In this document: positions 44,365-53,719 of the stretch, piece after piece
Numbering within the stretch: the stretch's first letter is position 1
Layout: the number at the start of each line of letters is the position of its first letter
Source: a virus
Lineage: Duplodnaviria > Caudoviricetes
Strand: one strand, 5' to 3'
Virus record (IMG/VR): IMGVR_UViG_3300046010_012285
Location: 6,598 to 70,597 of that record
DNA: 64,000 nt
Notes under the pieces: generated by a model
Database searches by the model: none
What the model was told of the DNA's origin: nothing
Seen by the model: the letters and a program-made list of their open reading frames with translations, nothing else
Position numbers and translations under genes: made by a program

Positions 44365-45095
44365 GACATCTCCTTCCAAGATTGGAAACAGAACTCTTTG
44401 CTAGCGCAGCCATTGATTTCTGGCGCAGAGAGAGTTTGATGCTTGCCCATTCTTCTGTTGCAGGCAATCTTATAAGTCAACCAAGCCTCGTAGTCCTCTC
44501 TATTCTTATAATAAATAGACTTGACCATAATCGGAGTTGGGGTGAGCGATTTCACCGACTCACCGATAACAGGGTCAAATGGAAGCTTGTTATCTTCCGT
44601 AAAGAAAACATGATCGAAGTCTTTAAGGAAAGTAGGCATACAGTTCTTAAAGAACTGCCAGTTCTGCCAAACGAAACTGTCGTAAAACGGCACCGCGATC
44701 AAAACATCATCAGTAAGGCGAGTAGCCAAATCATCGTTTGAGATGATGCTATCCTTCTCCGTGTTGGCGAATGTAAAGATTTTACTAATACTTTTAAATC
44801 CTGCGTCATTCTTGGCAAAGAGAATGAGCTTACTTTTTGATGAGTCTACTGACTCATAAGAGTTGCAGATATCCATTCTAACACCAAATCTAAGATGGAT
44901 ATCGTGCTTCGCACAGGTTTTAAACGCAGTCAAAAAACCCGTAAGAGAATCTTCTACTAAATGAAGAGTCTTCAGATTGTTTTCTATGGCAATCTGAATG
45001 ATGCTGTCTGGTCCGTCCTTCTTCTGCTTTTCTGGTTCTGCCAGAGTCAGAATGCTTTTCCCGACAGAAAAGCTAGACTTGAATAGTGGGATCAT
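44361..45095 (-). CDS. stand-alone PHP domain of DnaE
   Basis: PLFKSSFSVGKSIL, LVEDSLTGF, LRFGVRM, LILFAKNDAGFKSI; start set at MIPLF. Confidence 0.85.
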   Translation of the reverse strand: MIPLFKSSFSVGKSILTLAEPEKQKKDGPDSIIQIAIENNLKTLHLVEDSLTGFLTAFKTCAKHDIHLRFGVRMDICNSYESVDSSKSKLILFAKNDAGFKSISKIFTFANTEKDSIISNDDLATRLTDDVLIAVPFYDSFVWQNWQFFKNCMPTFLKDFDHVFFTEDNKLPFDPVIGESVKSLTPTPIMVKSIYYKNREDYEAWLTYKIACNRRMGKHQTLSAPEINGCASKEFCFQSWKEMS

Positions 45096-45102
45096 GCCCA
45101 CT

Positions 45103-45130
45103 ATCTTACAGGATTTCAATCCCGTGTCAA
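45103..45130 (-). promoter_or_regulatory. sigma70-like promoter TTGACA-N16-TAAGAT, 7 nt before the PHP ATG
   Basis: Read directly. Confidence 0.65.
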
Positions 45131-46144
45131 GTGTTTCGGGCACCCTGCGTAGTATTCTTTCGTAACTTTGTGCCCACCCTTTGCTATTTTAAACGCCTCT
45201 TCTTTATCGTCCTCAAAGAATGTTTTGATAATCTTATTGTCCTTGTCCCTGAGAGCGTAATAATTAAAACTGAATTTATATGGACAGTGCCACTTTGGCT
45301 TACCATCCTTCTTTAATTCACCCTTCTTCTTGGCAAACCCACAGGCCAGCTTACCGCTAAAAGAGCCATCAGAAGGCATCGGCTTATCGGCGGCAAAGTT
45401 TGAATAGGCGTCAGCTTCCGAGAAATTATCGACTACCTTCTGCACCTCAGTAAGCTGGTATTCAAAACTGAGAAGATCCTCATCCGTCAGATGATCCATC
45501 TTTAGCAGGCCATCGCCGCCCTTTGAAACGTCAAACTTTAAGAATAAAAATTCAACACGGGTAGTAAGCTCTGGGTCAAGCTTTTTTGACGCCAAGGTAT
45601 ACATCAAATGCTGCATATTGTCCTCAGCATCCTTACCAGCAAATACCGCTTTGCTGGTCTTATAGTCGCGAATTACAGACGTTTTGTCCTTATAAGCGAA
45701 GAAGCGGTCAATAAAGCCTTTGATCCTGTACTTCTTGTTCTCTTCGTTAACGACGATATCAAACTCTCTTTCGCTGCAATCTTGAACAGGCTTTCTCTTA
45801 GCGTTGCCAAAAAAGTCGTAGCTTAGCCCAACAAGAGTCATTTCCCTGATAGATTCAATATTATCTAGATCAGAAACCTTATTCTTTCTGGCTCTCTTTA
45901 ATGTCAGCGACTTAACTGACTTGATGCAGAAGATGTCGCCTTTTTCCAGAATCTGATCTACGTATTTCTTTCTTCTTGGGTGCGAAAGAACCTCAAGAAT
46001 AAGGTGTACTACATCTCCCCTGCTAGCTCCATCATTTGGGGTGTCTGGCAGCTTGAGGACATAGTTGCACCAGTAGGACCAACTGCATTTTTCAAGCGTC
46101 TTTATCCTACTAGCTGATAGGGCCGTGTGTTTTGAATCAGACAA
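45116..46144 (-). CDS. PD-(D/E)XK nuclease, RecB/AddB/Cas4-like
   Basis: LSASRIKT..KC, GDVVHLILE, IKGFIDR, IRDYKTSK, QHLMY, C-terminal Cys residues. Confidence 0.88.
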   Translation of the reverse strand: MSDSKHTALSASRIKTLEKCSWSYWCNYVLKLPDTPNDGASRGDVVHLILEVLSHPRRKKYVDQILEKGDIFCIKSVKSLTLKRARKNKVSDLDNIESIREMTLVGLSYDFFGNAKRKPVQDCSEREFDIVVNEENKKYRIKGFIDRFFAYKDKTSVIRDYKTSKAVFAGKDAEDNMQHLMYTLASKKLDPELTTRVEFLFLKFDVSKGGDGLLKMDHLTDEDLLSFEYQLTEVQKVVDNFSEADAYSNFAADKPMPSDGSFSGKLACGFAKKKGELKKDGKPKWHCPYKFSFNYYALRDKDNKIIKTFFEDDKEEAFKIAKGGHKVTKEYYAGCPKHLTRD

Positions 46145-47216
46145 TTTGATCTAAGAGTTTATTGGCTCGGCTAATCAGAAGCTGCGGAAAGCCATTGGCA
46201 ATAGCAATTTCGTGAATCTTTTTGATCTGGAGTTCTTTATTTATGCTTTTATTTTCCCAGTTAGAGAAGATATCGGACTCGCCTTCGTTTCTGGCGGTGT
46301 GCATATCAAAGAAATCATTTTTAAGCGGTAGACGAATCTCGATCTTTGAGGCGTCGAAGATAGAGCAAAGCTGAAGGAACGACTTACAGGCAGAAATCAA
46401 ACCGTGGTTAGTGTCACCTTCTGCGTCATTATTTGATGAAATAATGATCTTCTCTGGAGAGAGCGCGACCAATGTAGCGCATAACTTGGATGAAATTCCA
46501 AGACCAAATGTTACAAGATTATTCTTATACCCATTCTCAAAAAGAGCCATACTATCGCCAATGCTTTCAACGATAATAACAGAACTCTTAGCTTCAATAG
46601 CCTCTTTAACCTCATATGAAGAGTTTCTCTTCATATTCAAAGGATAGATCCAATCGGCGCGCTTTCCTAGATGTTTCCATTTTGGAAACTCTGAATCCTT
46701 TTGCCAGAATATAGCTCGTCCAGAAAATCCGTGAATCTGCCCGACTGAATTATAAATAGGAAAAACAATCCTTCGGAAAAGTTGTCCGGCTGTAGCATAT
46801 CCACATTTATAAAAATCAAGCGTGTCTTTTGATATGCCCTTCTTCTCGTAAAAATCAAGATGTGGTAAAAGATTCGAAAGCAGCGACTCTGGATAGATCT
46901 TTTCCATTTCTATTTTCTGTTTTGGCTCTGATTGGATGATAACTTCTGACGAAGTATTTACATACTTATTTATTACCGTAGGATCATTGGTATTAAGAGT
47001 AAGCTGAATTAGCTTTTGGATTGGATAGCTCTTGGACCCATTGGCGGCATAGTCTGTCCAAACCCCACTGTTCTTATAAATCTTTACAGCTGTACCATTA
47101 TCGCCGCCGCGATAAAGCGCTCTTGTTCTCCAGTAGCTTCCATAGTCTTTAAGATTGTAACCCAAAGACTCAAGCGAAGTCTTCAGCTGAAACGAATCAA
47201 TTGAAGTTTGGGACAT
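46137..47216 (-). CDS. dnaG: DnaG-type primase
   Basis: RIVFPI..S.GQIHGFSGR, PKWKH, IVESIGD, NNDAEGD Toprim motifs; start uncertain (47216 or 47228). Confidence 0.85.
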   Translation of the reverse strand: MSQTSIDSFQLKTSLESLGYNLKDYGSYWRTRALYRGGDNGTAVKIYKNSGVWTDYAANGSKSYPIQKLIQLTLNTNDPTVINKYVNTSSEVIIQSEPKQKIEMEKIYPESLLSNLLPHLDFYEKKGISKDTLDFYKCGYATAGQLFRRIVFPIYNSVGQIHGFSGRAIFWQKDSEFPKWKHLGKRADWIYPLNMKRNSSYEVKEAIEAKSSVIIVESIGDSMALFENGYKNNLVTFGLGISSKLCATLVALSPEKIIISSNNDAEGDTNHGLISACKSFLQLCSIFDASKIEIRLPLKNDFFDMHTARNEGESDIFSNWENKSINKELQIKKIHEIAIANGFPQLLISRANKLLDQIV

Positions 47217-48714
47217 CGTTCTGTTCATTATTTTGTTCAAGTGGGCTGATGCCAGTATCCATTGCTCGGACAATATCGCGGAGATCGCCGCGCTCTTCAA
47301 CGTCAAAGTTGTTAAAACGAAGATTAATAAAATTACGCTTCAAAGTGCCGTCTGGCATTCTGACTGGCTCAACAGCGCCAGCAACGTCAGATCCTAAGAA
47401 TCGATTTTTAACGAAAATTAATTTATGAGTGCCAAAGTCTTGACCCTCTTCTGCCCGCTCGTCAACGGTCTTTTGGCGAAGGATCGCCATATGAGAGCAG
47501 TAGTGAGTGATGCGGTCCGACATTGATACAATGCTTTCGTCGTCATTGATTGCGTCTGCCGCTCTGTTGGTTGTAACACCGCTTCGATTCGATTGAACAG
47601 AAGTGAACATCGTGATGCAAGGCTTCTGATCTTGAACGATATCTCGCTGAAGAGTCTTCTTGAACTTGTTCAACATATCGCCAATGACTTGCCATTCTGG
47701 CTTACCACTATCGGAATCAGCAGAGGGCTTGATGTAGTCAAAGCTGAAGATCAGGGGATTGCCGCGACCAATCTTGGAGTAGTAAAACCTCTTAAGATTA
47801 TTGATCATTTGATCAGTGGTCATACCACCGACATTATAATAATAAAACTTTAAGTTCTTGATTTGATTCCAAGTAGCCCTGACCTTATCAACAGTTTCCG
47901 CTCCAGCTTTACGCCAGAGACCGCTCTCAAGCAAGTGAACAGGAACGTGACTAAGGGCAGCGCACTGCCGCATAATTACTTCTTCCTTGCTCATTTCTCC
48001 GTTATCAAAGTGAAGAACTGGAACATCGTACTTAGCCGAAACCTTTGTAGAATAGTTAAGGGCAAGCAGAGTCTTGCCTACACCGGATCGGGCAACGATA
48101 ACTGAGATATTACCGGGTCTCAGAAGAGAGCCGTAAATCTTGTTAACAGTTGGGAATGGCCCCAAGAAGCCAAATTCAGTAATAGGATTGTTGCCGCGCT
48201 CTTCAATGACATTCTCCATCTCCTCAAAGATGTTAACAGGCTTTTCATCATTGTTTTCATAAAGATTAATTGTCTTATTAAATGCCGAATCAGCCTCTTC
48301 GATGATCTTTTGATACGAAGAATCGGGGGCGATCTTCTTCATCTTGTCCGCAACATCCAAGGCTGACCTGTGGATTGTGCGGCGAATAGAGTATTTTTTA
48401 ATCTCTTTCGCCGCAGAAACTGCGGTGGATTTGTTGGTCTTTCTTAGGGCGAGCGAGCGGAGGTAATCAAAGATATCAATATTATCCTCAAAGGATATTC
48501 CAATCTCCTTGATTCGCTGGGCAATAATTATCTCGTCAAGCTTTTCGTTGCCCTCCATGCACTTGCGAAGAATATGGTAGATCGTTTTATGGACCACTGT
48601 TTCTTCGGAGTAAAAGTCAGCCTCAGAAATGAAATCGCAGATCTCTGCGTATGCGTCTGGGTACTGGATGAGGCCAGCTAAAAGCTGCTTCTCTACTTCT
48701 AGTGAATAAAGCAT
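47197..48714 (-). CDS. dnaB: replicative DNA helicase
   Basis: VEKQLLAGL, ARSGVGKT, FDNGEM, FDYI, VQSNR, KNRFLG. Confidence 0.9.
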   Translation of the reverse strand: MLYSLEVEKQLLAGLIQYPDAYAEICDFISEADFYSEETVVHKTIYHILRKCMEGNEKLDEIIIAQRIKEIGISFEDNIDIFDYLRSLALRKTNKSTAVSAAKEIKKYSIRRTIHRSALDVADKMKKIAPDSSYQKIIEEADSAFNKTINLYENNDEKPVNIFEEMENVIEERGNNPITEFGFLGPFPTVNKIYGSLLRPGNISVIVARSGVGKTLLALNYSTKVSAKYDVPVLHFDNGEMSKEEVIMRQCAALSHVPVHLLESGLWRKAGAETVDKVRATWNQIKNLKFYYYNVGGMTTDQMINNLKRFYYSKIGRGNPLIFSFDYIKPSADSDSGKPEWQVIGDMLNKFKKTLQRDIVQDQKPCITMFTSVQSNRSGVTTNRAADAINDDESIVSMSDRITHYCSHMAILRQKTVDERAEEGQDFGTHKLIFVKNRFLGSDVAGAVEPVRMPDGTLKRNFINLRFNNFDVEERGDLRDIVRAMDTGISPLEQNNEQNDVPNFN

Positions 48715-48953
48715 TAGATTTCGTCGTCTCTAACATCCATCTCTTCAGAGTTCAGGTATTCTTCAAGGGCTTTTTTAAGCCCAAGAGAAGTAACTACAGA
48801 ATCAAATCTAGTGAAGATTTGAGGCACGCCGTTTTGTGTGCAAACGCACAAGATTAGACCTTTGAAGTTCTCTGCGCCGCCAGAGAGTTCATAGATCTGT
48901 TCCACCATTTCTGGTGGGAATAGAAATTCTTTATCCTTTGAGGATTCGCTCAT
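48714..48953 (-). CDS. hypothetical protein
   Basis: Start set at MSESSK, 1-nt coupling on both sides. Confidence 0.6.
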   Translation of the reverse strand: MSESSKDKEFLFPPEMVEQIYELSGGAENFKGLILCVCTQNGVPQIFTRFDSVVTSLGLKKALEEYLNSEEMDVRDDEI

Positions 48954-49363
48954 TATAAAATGACTCCTTGTTTTTCGAAGGTCTCTTTGCAGATAAGGTC
49001 TGTCTCGTAGATTTCTACCAGCTTTATCCCGTTTGTCAAGCAAAATTGCAGCTTTAAATCGTCGCGGCGAAGCTGGGATAGCCACTTTCGCCGGTCGTTA
49101 CCGTGGAAGTAGGGGTTATAAGTCTGATGCTGCTTGCCTTGAACCTCTACTGCTATCTTTTTATTTGCATTATAAATATCAAGAGATAAGCGACTTCCAA
49201 CGACCCTGATCTCCTCAAATACAACGTCGTACTTCCAGTAGGAGAGCAAAAACTGCTTTACTCTCCACTGGATATTGCTCTTTGACTTCGCTTCCCAATT
49301 AATTATATATTTTTTAGCGTTCTTGAGAAAGCGCTCTTTGCCGTTTAGAGTCTTAAACTTCAT
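48953..49363 (-). CDS. DUF559/Vsr-like endonuclease
   Basis: LSLDIY...IAVEVQGKQH...RDDLK..FC..NGIKLVEI. Confidence 0.75.
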   Translation of the reverse strand: MKFKTLNGKERFLKNAKKYIINWEAKSKSNIQWRVKQFLLSYWKYDVVFEEIRVVGSRLSLDIYNANKKIAVEVQGKQHQTYNPYFHGNDRRKWLSQLRRDDLKLQFCLTNGIKLVEIYETDLICKETFEKQGVIL

Positions 49364-50510
49364 TTGCTGAATTCTCAGCGATAATATTAATGAAGTACTT
49401 GTGTAGGGTCTTAGTCAGATTTTCGTTAGCTTCAACGAATTCGAATACGGCATTTTCGCCTTGGAACTTTTCTGGCATATCTACCCCGATATCCTTCGCG
49501 ATCTTAATCAGATCCTCTGATACAGTATACCAAGCGCCAGCACGGCTCACAAGCTCCCAAGTAAGAAGCATATCGACAATCTCCTTCTCAAGCCATACTG
49601 AGCGACCATTTGAGCGCCCATATTTAATTGGATATGTTACTCTGTTCTTACTTTTCTCGTTTGGACTCTTCTTGATATAAATCTTGCAATTGTGTCCAAT
49701 GATTGGATTCTTTACGGGATCTGGCTTCTTTATATTTGGGTCTTTGAGAATAACATCTCCCTCAAAGCGAGCTTCAAATTCGAAAATAAAATTAGCAAAG
49801 TGGAGCAGCGCATTGCCGCCGGTAGCTGATGTTTGGCGAATTGGCGCTGAACTGTATGGGTCAAGCTTGATATCGCTTCTTACTTGGGAGATGAAAATCG
49901 CCATATGACCGCGCTTGGTAAGCGCGATTGAGATCTTCTTCATAAAATTAGCGGCAATTACTGCGCCGCCTGCCACCTTTACTGACTCCTCAAATGTCTT
50001 ACCCATATCATTTTTTGCAATCAGTCCGTCAACCGAATCAATAATAAACATATACTTATTCTTCTCATCATTATTCATAATGAGTTTTCGCATGGCATCT
50101 ACAACCGTCTCGTAGATATTTGATTCAAAAACAAAGCAAGTTCCATCTTCCCATTCGGATGCGTCAAACACAAACTTAACTCCGCTTCTCTTTTGCATCT
50201 CTGGCGACAGACGACCCTCAGCCTTGATATAAAAGCCTTTTGAGTTTGGGACGGTATTGAGGAAGTTTCGCATTACCTCAAGCGATGCAGAAGTCTTGCC
50301 GCCTTCGGTAAATCCTACGAAGCGATGGAGCCCCGGTCCTAGACCTCCACCAGTTTGCATATCTAGATTAAGAGAGCCTGTTGAAACCTTATAGTTAACA
50401 GGCTCTTCAAAATTATAGTGGTCTTCCTTGTTAGACTTTAAAAAATCTCCAAGAATACTCTTGGATGAAATACCATCTTCCTTCTGTTCTTCTTTTGCCT
50501 TCTTGGTCAT
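49353..50510 (-). CDS. recA: RecA/UvsX-like recombinase
   Basis: STGSLNLD...GG, GFTEGGKT, IIDSVDGL, FISQVR, TGGNALLHFA, GAWY. Confidence 0.88.
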   Translation of the reverse strand: MTKKAKEEQKEDGISSKSILGDFLKSNKEDHYNFEEPVNYKVSTGSLNLDMQTGGGLGPGLHRFVGFTEGGKTSASLEVMRNFLNTVPNSKGFYIKAEGRLSPEMQKRSGVKFVFDASEWEDGTCFVFESNIYETVVDAMRKLIMNNDEKNKYMFIIDSVDGLIAKNDMGKTFEESVKVAGGAVIAANFMKKISIALTKRGHMAIFISQVRSDIKLDPYSSAPIRQTSATGGNALLHFANFIFEFEARFEGDVILKDPNIKKPDPVKNPIIGHNCKIYIKKSPNEKSKNRVTYPIKYGRSNGRSVWLEKEIVDMLLTWELVSRAGAWYTVSEDLIKIAKDIGVDMPEKFQGENAVFEFVEANENLTKTLHKYFINIIAENSANEV

Positions 50511-50836
50511 TGTAGAAAATCCCTAAGTGTTTTTTTAGTTTTGATTTGAGCGTCATCTCCAACCTTTTCAGAGATTACTGGGCGCTCGATTACTTCTGGA
50601 CGATAGTAAAATTGGTTCTTGTAGCTTTCAAGCTTTTTCTTGCCATAGTCAGAAAAGAACATTGCAAGAGATGCAATCTTTTCTGGAGGAACGAATTGCG
50701 AAAGAAACTCAATACCGTAGATAGCTTCAAGTCTCTTGAACAAGACCAACTCCTTGATCCAGAATTCTTTGCCAGCATTCTTAGGAATGTTGACAAAATT
50801 ATTAATATAATTTCGCCTATTGATCCTTTGCTTCAT
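50507..50836 (-). CDS. hypothetical protein
   Basis: 109 aa; TTGACA lies 29 nt upstream of the ATG. Confidence 0.6.
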   Translation of the reverse strand: MKQRINRRNYINNFVNIPKNAGKEFWIKELVLFKRLEAIYGIEFLSQFVPPEKIASLAMFFSDYGKKKLESYKNQFYYRPEVIERPVISEKVGDDAQIKTKKTLRDFLQ

Positions 50837-50876
50837 AACCTAGCTTCACCGACTATACCCAACCTTGTCAAGTGTT

Positions 50877-51308
50877 TTAAGACTTATTTGCTGCGGCAGC
50901 AGATCCGAAATAAAATCCAGTAATAGCTATCAGGCACTGTCTAATCTCAGTAGTAATTAAATTACCAGATATTTCCACAAAAGCGGTTTTTGTCTTATCT
51001 GCTAGAAGTCCAAAAAGCCCGCCGCCATCTTGATAACTTACCTCTAAGTAAGTTGGAATTCCGAGTATCGCCATCACAAATGGCGATATTACGATAGAGA
51101 ATATTACGGACATCACGATCATACGTCTGATTACCTTGCCAAAATCAGCATCTCTATTCGCTGCTTTGTCAGCAGATTCGTCCTGCTTATCAATCGCGCT
51201 CATCATCCGGTCAAAGCGGTTCTTACTCTCTTCTGTCTTTAATGCAATTATTCTAAAAATAAAGCCTGTTATGGCCCCGCCAAACAGGCTTATGAGTTCA
51301 GTGGTCAC
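50877..51308 (-). CDS. holin-like membrane protein
   Basis: Three hydrophobic segments, C-terminal ITGFYFGS, GTGTAA upstream. Confidence 0.55.
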   Translation of the reverse strand: MTTELISLFGGAITGFIFRIIALKTEESKNRFDRMMSAIDKQDESADKAANRDADFGKVIRRMIVMSVIFSIVISPFVMAILGIPTYLEVSYQDGGGLFGLLADKTKTAFVEISGNLITTEIRQCLIAITGFYFGSAAAANKS

Positions 51309-51316
51309 ACCACTAT

Positions 51317-51322
51317 TTACAC
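51317..51322 (-). promoter_or_regulatory. GTGTAA motif, 8 nt before GTG 51308
   Basis: Read directly. Confidence 0.55.
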
Positions 51323-51949
51323 TTAAAGCTTGAAAGCTTGTATTGTAAGGGGGAACTTGTTAGTTTCTTTTACGAGTTCTAGCATTTGACTCGCAATGTT
51401 GCGAATCTCTACTTGCGCATCTTGTTTATTACGAAGATTTAAGAAGTGATAAAATGAGCGCCAATTAAACATTACGTCGCTAGTGATCTGGGTATTGTAC
51501 CCCCGAAAGAATCGAGCAGACTCCTTAGCCCGTTTTCTAGTGAACCCAAAGTTCTTAACTAGATCATCTATGCACTTATGGTATAGATCCATCCCCCTCT
51601 CTGTGTGAGTAGATAGGATATCTTTCCAAGTATCAGGCCAATCTTCTGGGATTAGAAAATCATCCTCCTTGATTTCTTTGTATCTTGCCGATTCTCCGTT
51701 AACGGAAACCCCAACCCTATGCTTGATAAGGTGAATATGAGAAGCAATGTCAGTCTTAATCAAGAAGTGGAGTGATGACTTTTCAAATGGAGTGTGATGT
51801 CCATTATCGGCTAGCATCTTGAGTAAATCGCCAATTCTGCCCTTCTTTTCCTCGTTGATTTCCCGACTGGTTGAAGTCCAAGCAGAACAAGCATGAGTAA
51901 GATCGTCGCCATAAATTCCTATTAGTTGTACGCTATTTGTTTTGCTCAT
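51323..51949 (-). CDS. thyX: flavin-dependent thymidylate synthase
   Basis: GHHTPFE, KHRVGVSVNGESARY, ESAR, FNWRSF..F..LR...AQ.EIR. Confidence 0.93.
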   Translation of the reverse strand: MSKTNSVQLIGIYGDDLTHACSAWTSTSREINEEKKGRIGDLLKMLADNGHHTPFEKSSLHFLIKTDIASHIHLIKHRVGVSVNGESARYKEIKEDDFLIPEDWPDTWKDILSTHTERGMDLYHKCIDDLVKNFGFTRKRAKESARFFRGYNTQITSDVMFNWRSFYHFLNLRNKQDAQVEIRNIASQMLELVKETNKFPLTIQAFKL

Positions 51950-52871
51950 TGTATATTTTATTATAATTCATTAATACGTTAGAATAATATACAGCATGAA
52001 AGAGTGGGCTGGCAAGACTTTCTCCTAGGATTTTTTGATCTTTTTTCAAATTTATTAAAAACTCCTCAAACATATCGCTTCCTAAAATAAAATTTTCTAT
52101 GGAAAATTCATCCAAATAAATAAATGGTCTAAAAATATCAAAGATATGATAGTACCAAGAGATCTCGTCCTGTTGAACTGGGGGCTTTAAAAATACGCAG
52201 ATAGAATTCGATGCTAGTGCCCATATCAGCCTTTCCCAAGAAGTAGTGTTGCCGTTAACATTTAAAATATATTTATATTTTAATTGGTCCTTTATGGATA
52301 TGTATTGATGGGTTATCGAGTCGTCATTACGTCCATCTACAAAATTTGTTATCTTTGCGATAATGTCTTCGTGCCCCTTATACATCTTGCAAAGTTTGGT
52401 TCTTTGACAAATTCCATTCTCGTATCTTTTGCCGGTGTCTGAACCAAAGAAAGAAATCTTATTTATTTTATCTTCTAAAGGAATATCGATTTGATTTAAA
52501 TTTCTACATATTGATTCTACTCTTGGTAAATGAGAGTCTGGAATGCATATGTGCGGACTATTTCTAGGTCTTGCAAAGAAAAACCTAGTCTCCAGTTCTT
52601 CGTAATGAGGACCATCGTTTAGGTTAACGATAAACTTAAAGTTTAAATCTTTTAAATCAAAGCGATTTAAAACTTGCTGTGTAAATCCTTCGAAAAAGTT
52701 TAATCTTATATTGTCTGTTTCGCCACCATCTCTTAGTTTAATTAGCTTGCCAGAATTTATCCAATACTGAACTTCGTTGTTAGCTAGCAGACAGGTATCA
52801 ATATTTTTAGGAAGATTGATCCGTCTTTCATCAATTTCATTAAGCAGGCAATATTTTATAAATTTATTCAT
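51933..52871 (-). CDS. GT90 (KDELC/CAP10-like) glycosyltransferase
   Basis: FFGSDTG...R...QLKYKYILNVNGNTTSWERLIWALASNS. Confidence 0.7.
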   Translation of the reverse strand: MNKFIKYCLLNEIDERRINLPKNIDTCLLANNEVQYWINSGKLIKLRDGGETDNIRLNFFEGFTQQVLNRFDLKDLNFKFIVNLNDGPHYEELETRFFFARPRNSPHICIPDSHLPRVESICRNLNQIDIPLEDKINKISFFGSDTGKRYENGICQRTKLCKMYKGHEDIIAKITNFVDGRNDDSITHQYISIKDQLKYKYILNVNGNTTSWERLIWALASNSICVFLKPPVQQDEISWYYHIFDIFRPFIYLDEFSIENFILGSDMFEEFLINLKKDQKILGESLASPLFHAVYYSNVLMNYNKIYNEQNK

Positions 52872-52894
52872 TAGAGTTTTAAAATAGCGATATG

Positions 52895-53719
52895 TTATAT
52901 TACGTTGTAATGTTTAGCGCTGTCGATTATTTTTTGAATCCAAAAATCAGCCAGCAGATGTTTTCTATCAAAATTATTTTTTGCCTCATCTATCTTAATT
53001 TTAAGATAGCTTGAATTTTCGAATTCTGATATATCTGTTACTAAATAAACAGGAAATAGGTTATGTATAAATCGGTACTGCAAAGGGTCAAAGCTTATTG
53101 CTACCCTATCTAAAAATGCAGTTTCATAAATTCTATGAGTATCCGCCCCATTTCCAATTGGGCATACAACTGCTTCATGGTCTAAAATTCCTTGAATAAA
53201 CTGATCGTAATTGTTGCTTGGGTTTTCCCAAGTAACGCAAGATTGTGCAATTAGAATATTTTTGATAAAACTTCTATGGGTGCGGTTTGTTTCGATATTA
53301 AAATTAGCATAAACTAAATTTCTTTTTGTAAAAGAATTCTTATTTTTTTCAAAAAGTTTTTTTGCTTTTAATGGAGCGTGATCCCAAACATACCCATGAC
53401 TAAATTCATAGGAGTTGCTATGGTGTCTTTTTGACGGCTCGCTATTTTCTAGACCGATTGGGATAGACTCAAGAATATTATTTTCTGACAATCTATTTTG
53501 ACAAAACCATTTTTTAATATTTTTTGGCGCTAATGCAACGAGATCATCGCCAATAGAATAGTCACTATTGCCTGTGATTAAAATTACATCATTTTTTAAA
53601 AGTTTTATTTTTTCAAACTCAGAATGGATAAAATCTGTTTTGCAGAAAATTATTTTTTCGCCATCATGAATTTGAGATATTTTGTTTATAGATATAGCAT
53701 CATTCGTGCTCCAGATCAT
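52895..53719 (-). CDS. exostosin/GT47-like glycosyltransferase
   Basis: ILITGNSD, KWFCQN, IPIGLEN, VVCPIGNGADTHRIYE. Confidence 0.65.
   Translation of the reverse strand: MIWSTNDAISINKISQIHDGEKIIFCKTDFIHSEFEKIKLLKNDVILITGNSDYSIGDDLVALAPKNIKKWFCQNRLSENNILESIPIGLENSEPSKRHHSNSYEFSHGYVWDHAPLKAKKLFEKNKNSFTKRNLVYANFNIETNRTHRSFIKNILIAQSCVTWENPSNNYDQFIQGILDHEAVVCPIGNGADTHRIYETAFLDRVAISFDPLQYRFIHNLFPVYLVTDISEFENSSYLKIKIDEAKNNFDRKHLLADFWIQKIIDSAKHYNVI

Noticed and set aside
45116-46144. Cas4 / CRISPR-associated locus
   Set aside because: No repeat-spacer array or other cas genes are present. The replication context indicates a phage RecB-like exonuclease.
29077-50510. Inteins or introns in nrdA, nrdB, dnaE, dnaB and recA
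   Set aside because: Lengths are normal, core motifs are contiguous, and no splicing or LAGLIDADG motifs were seen.
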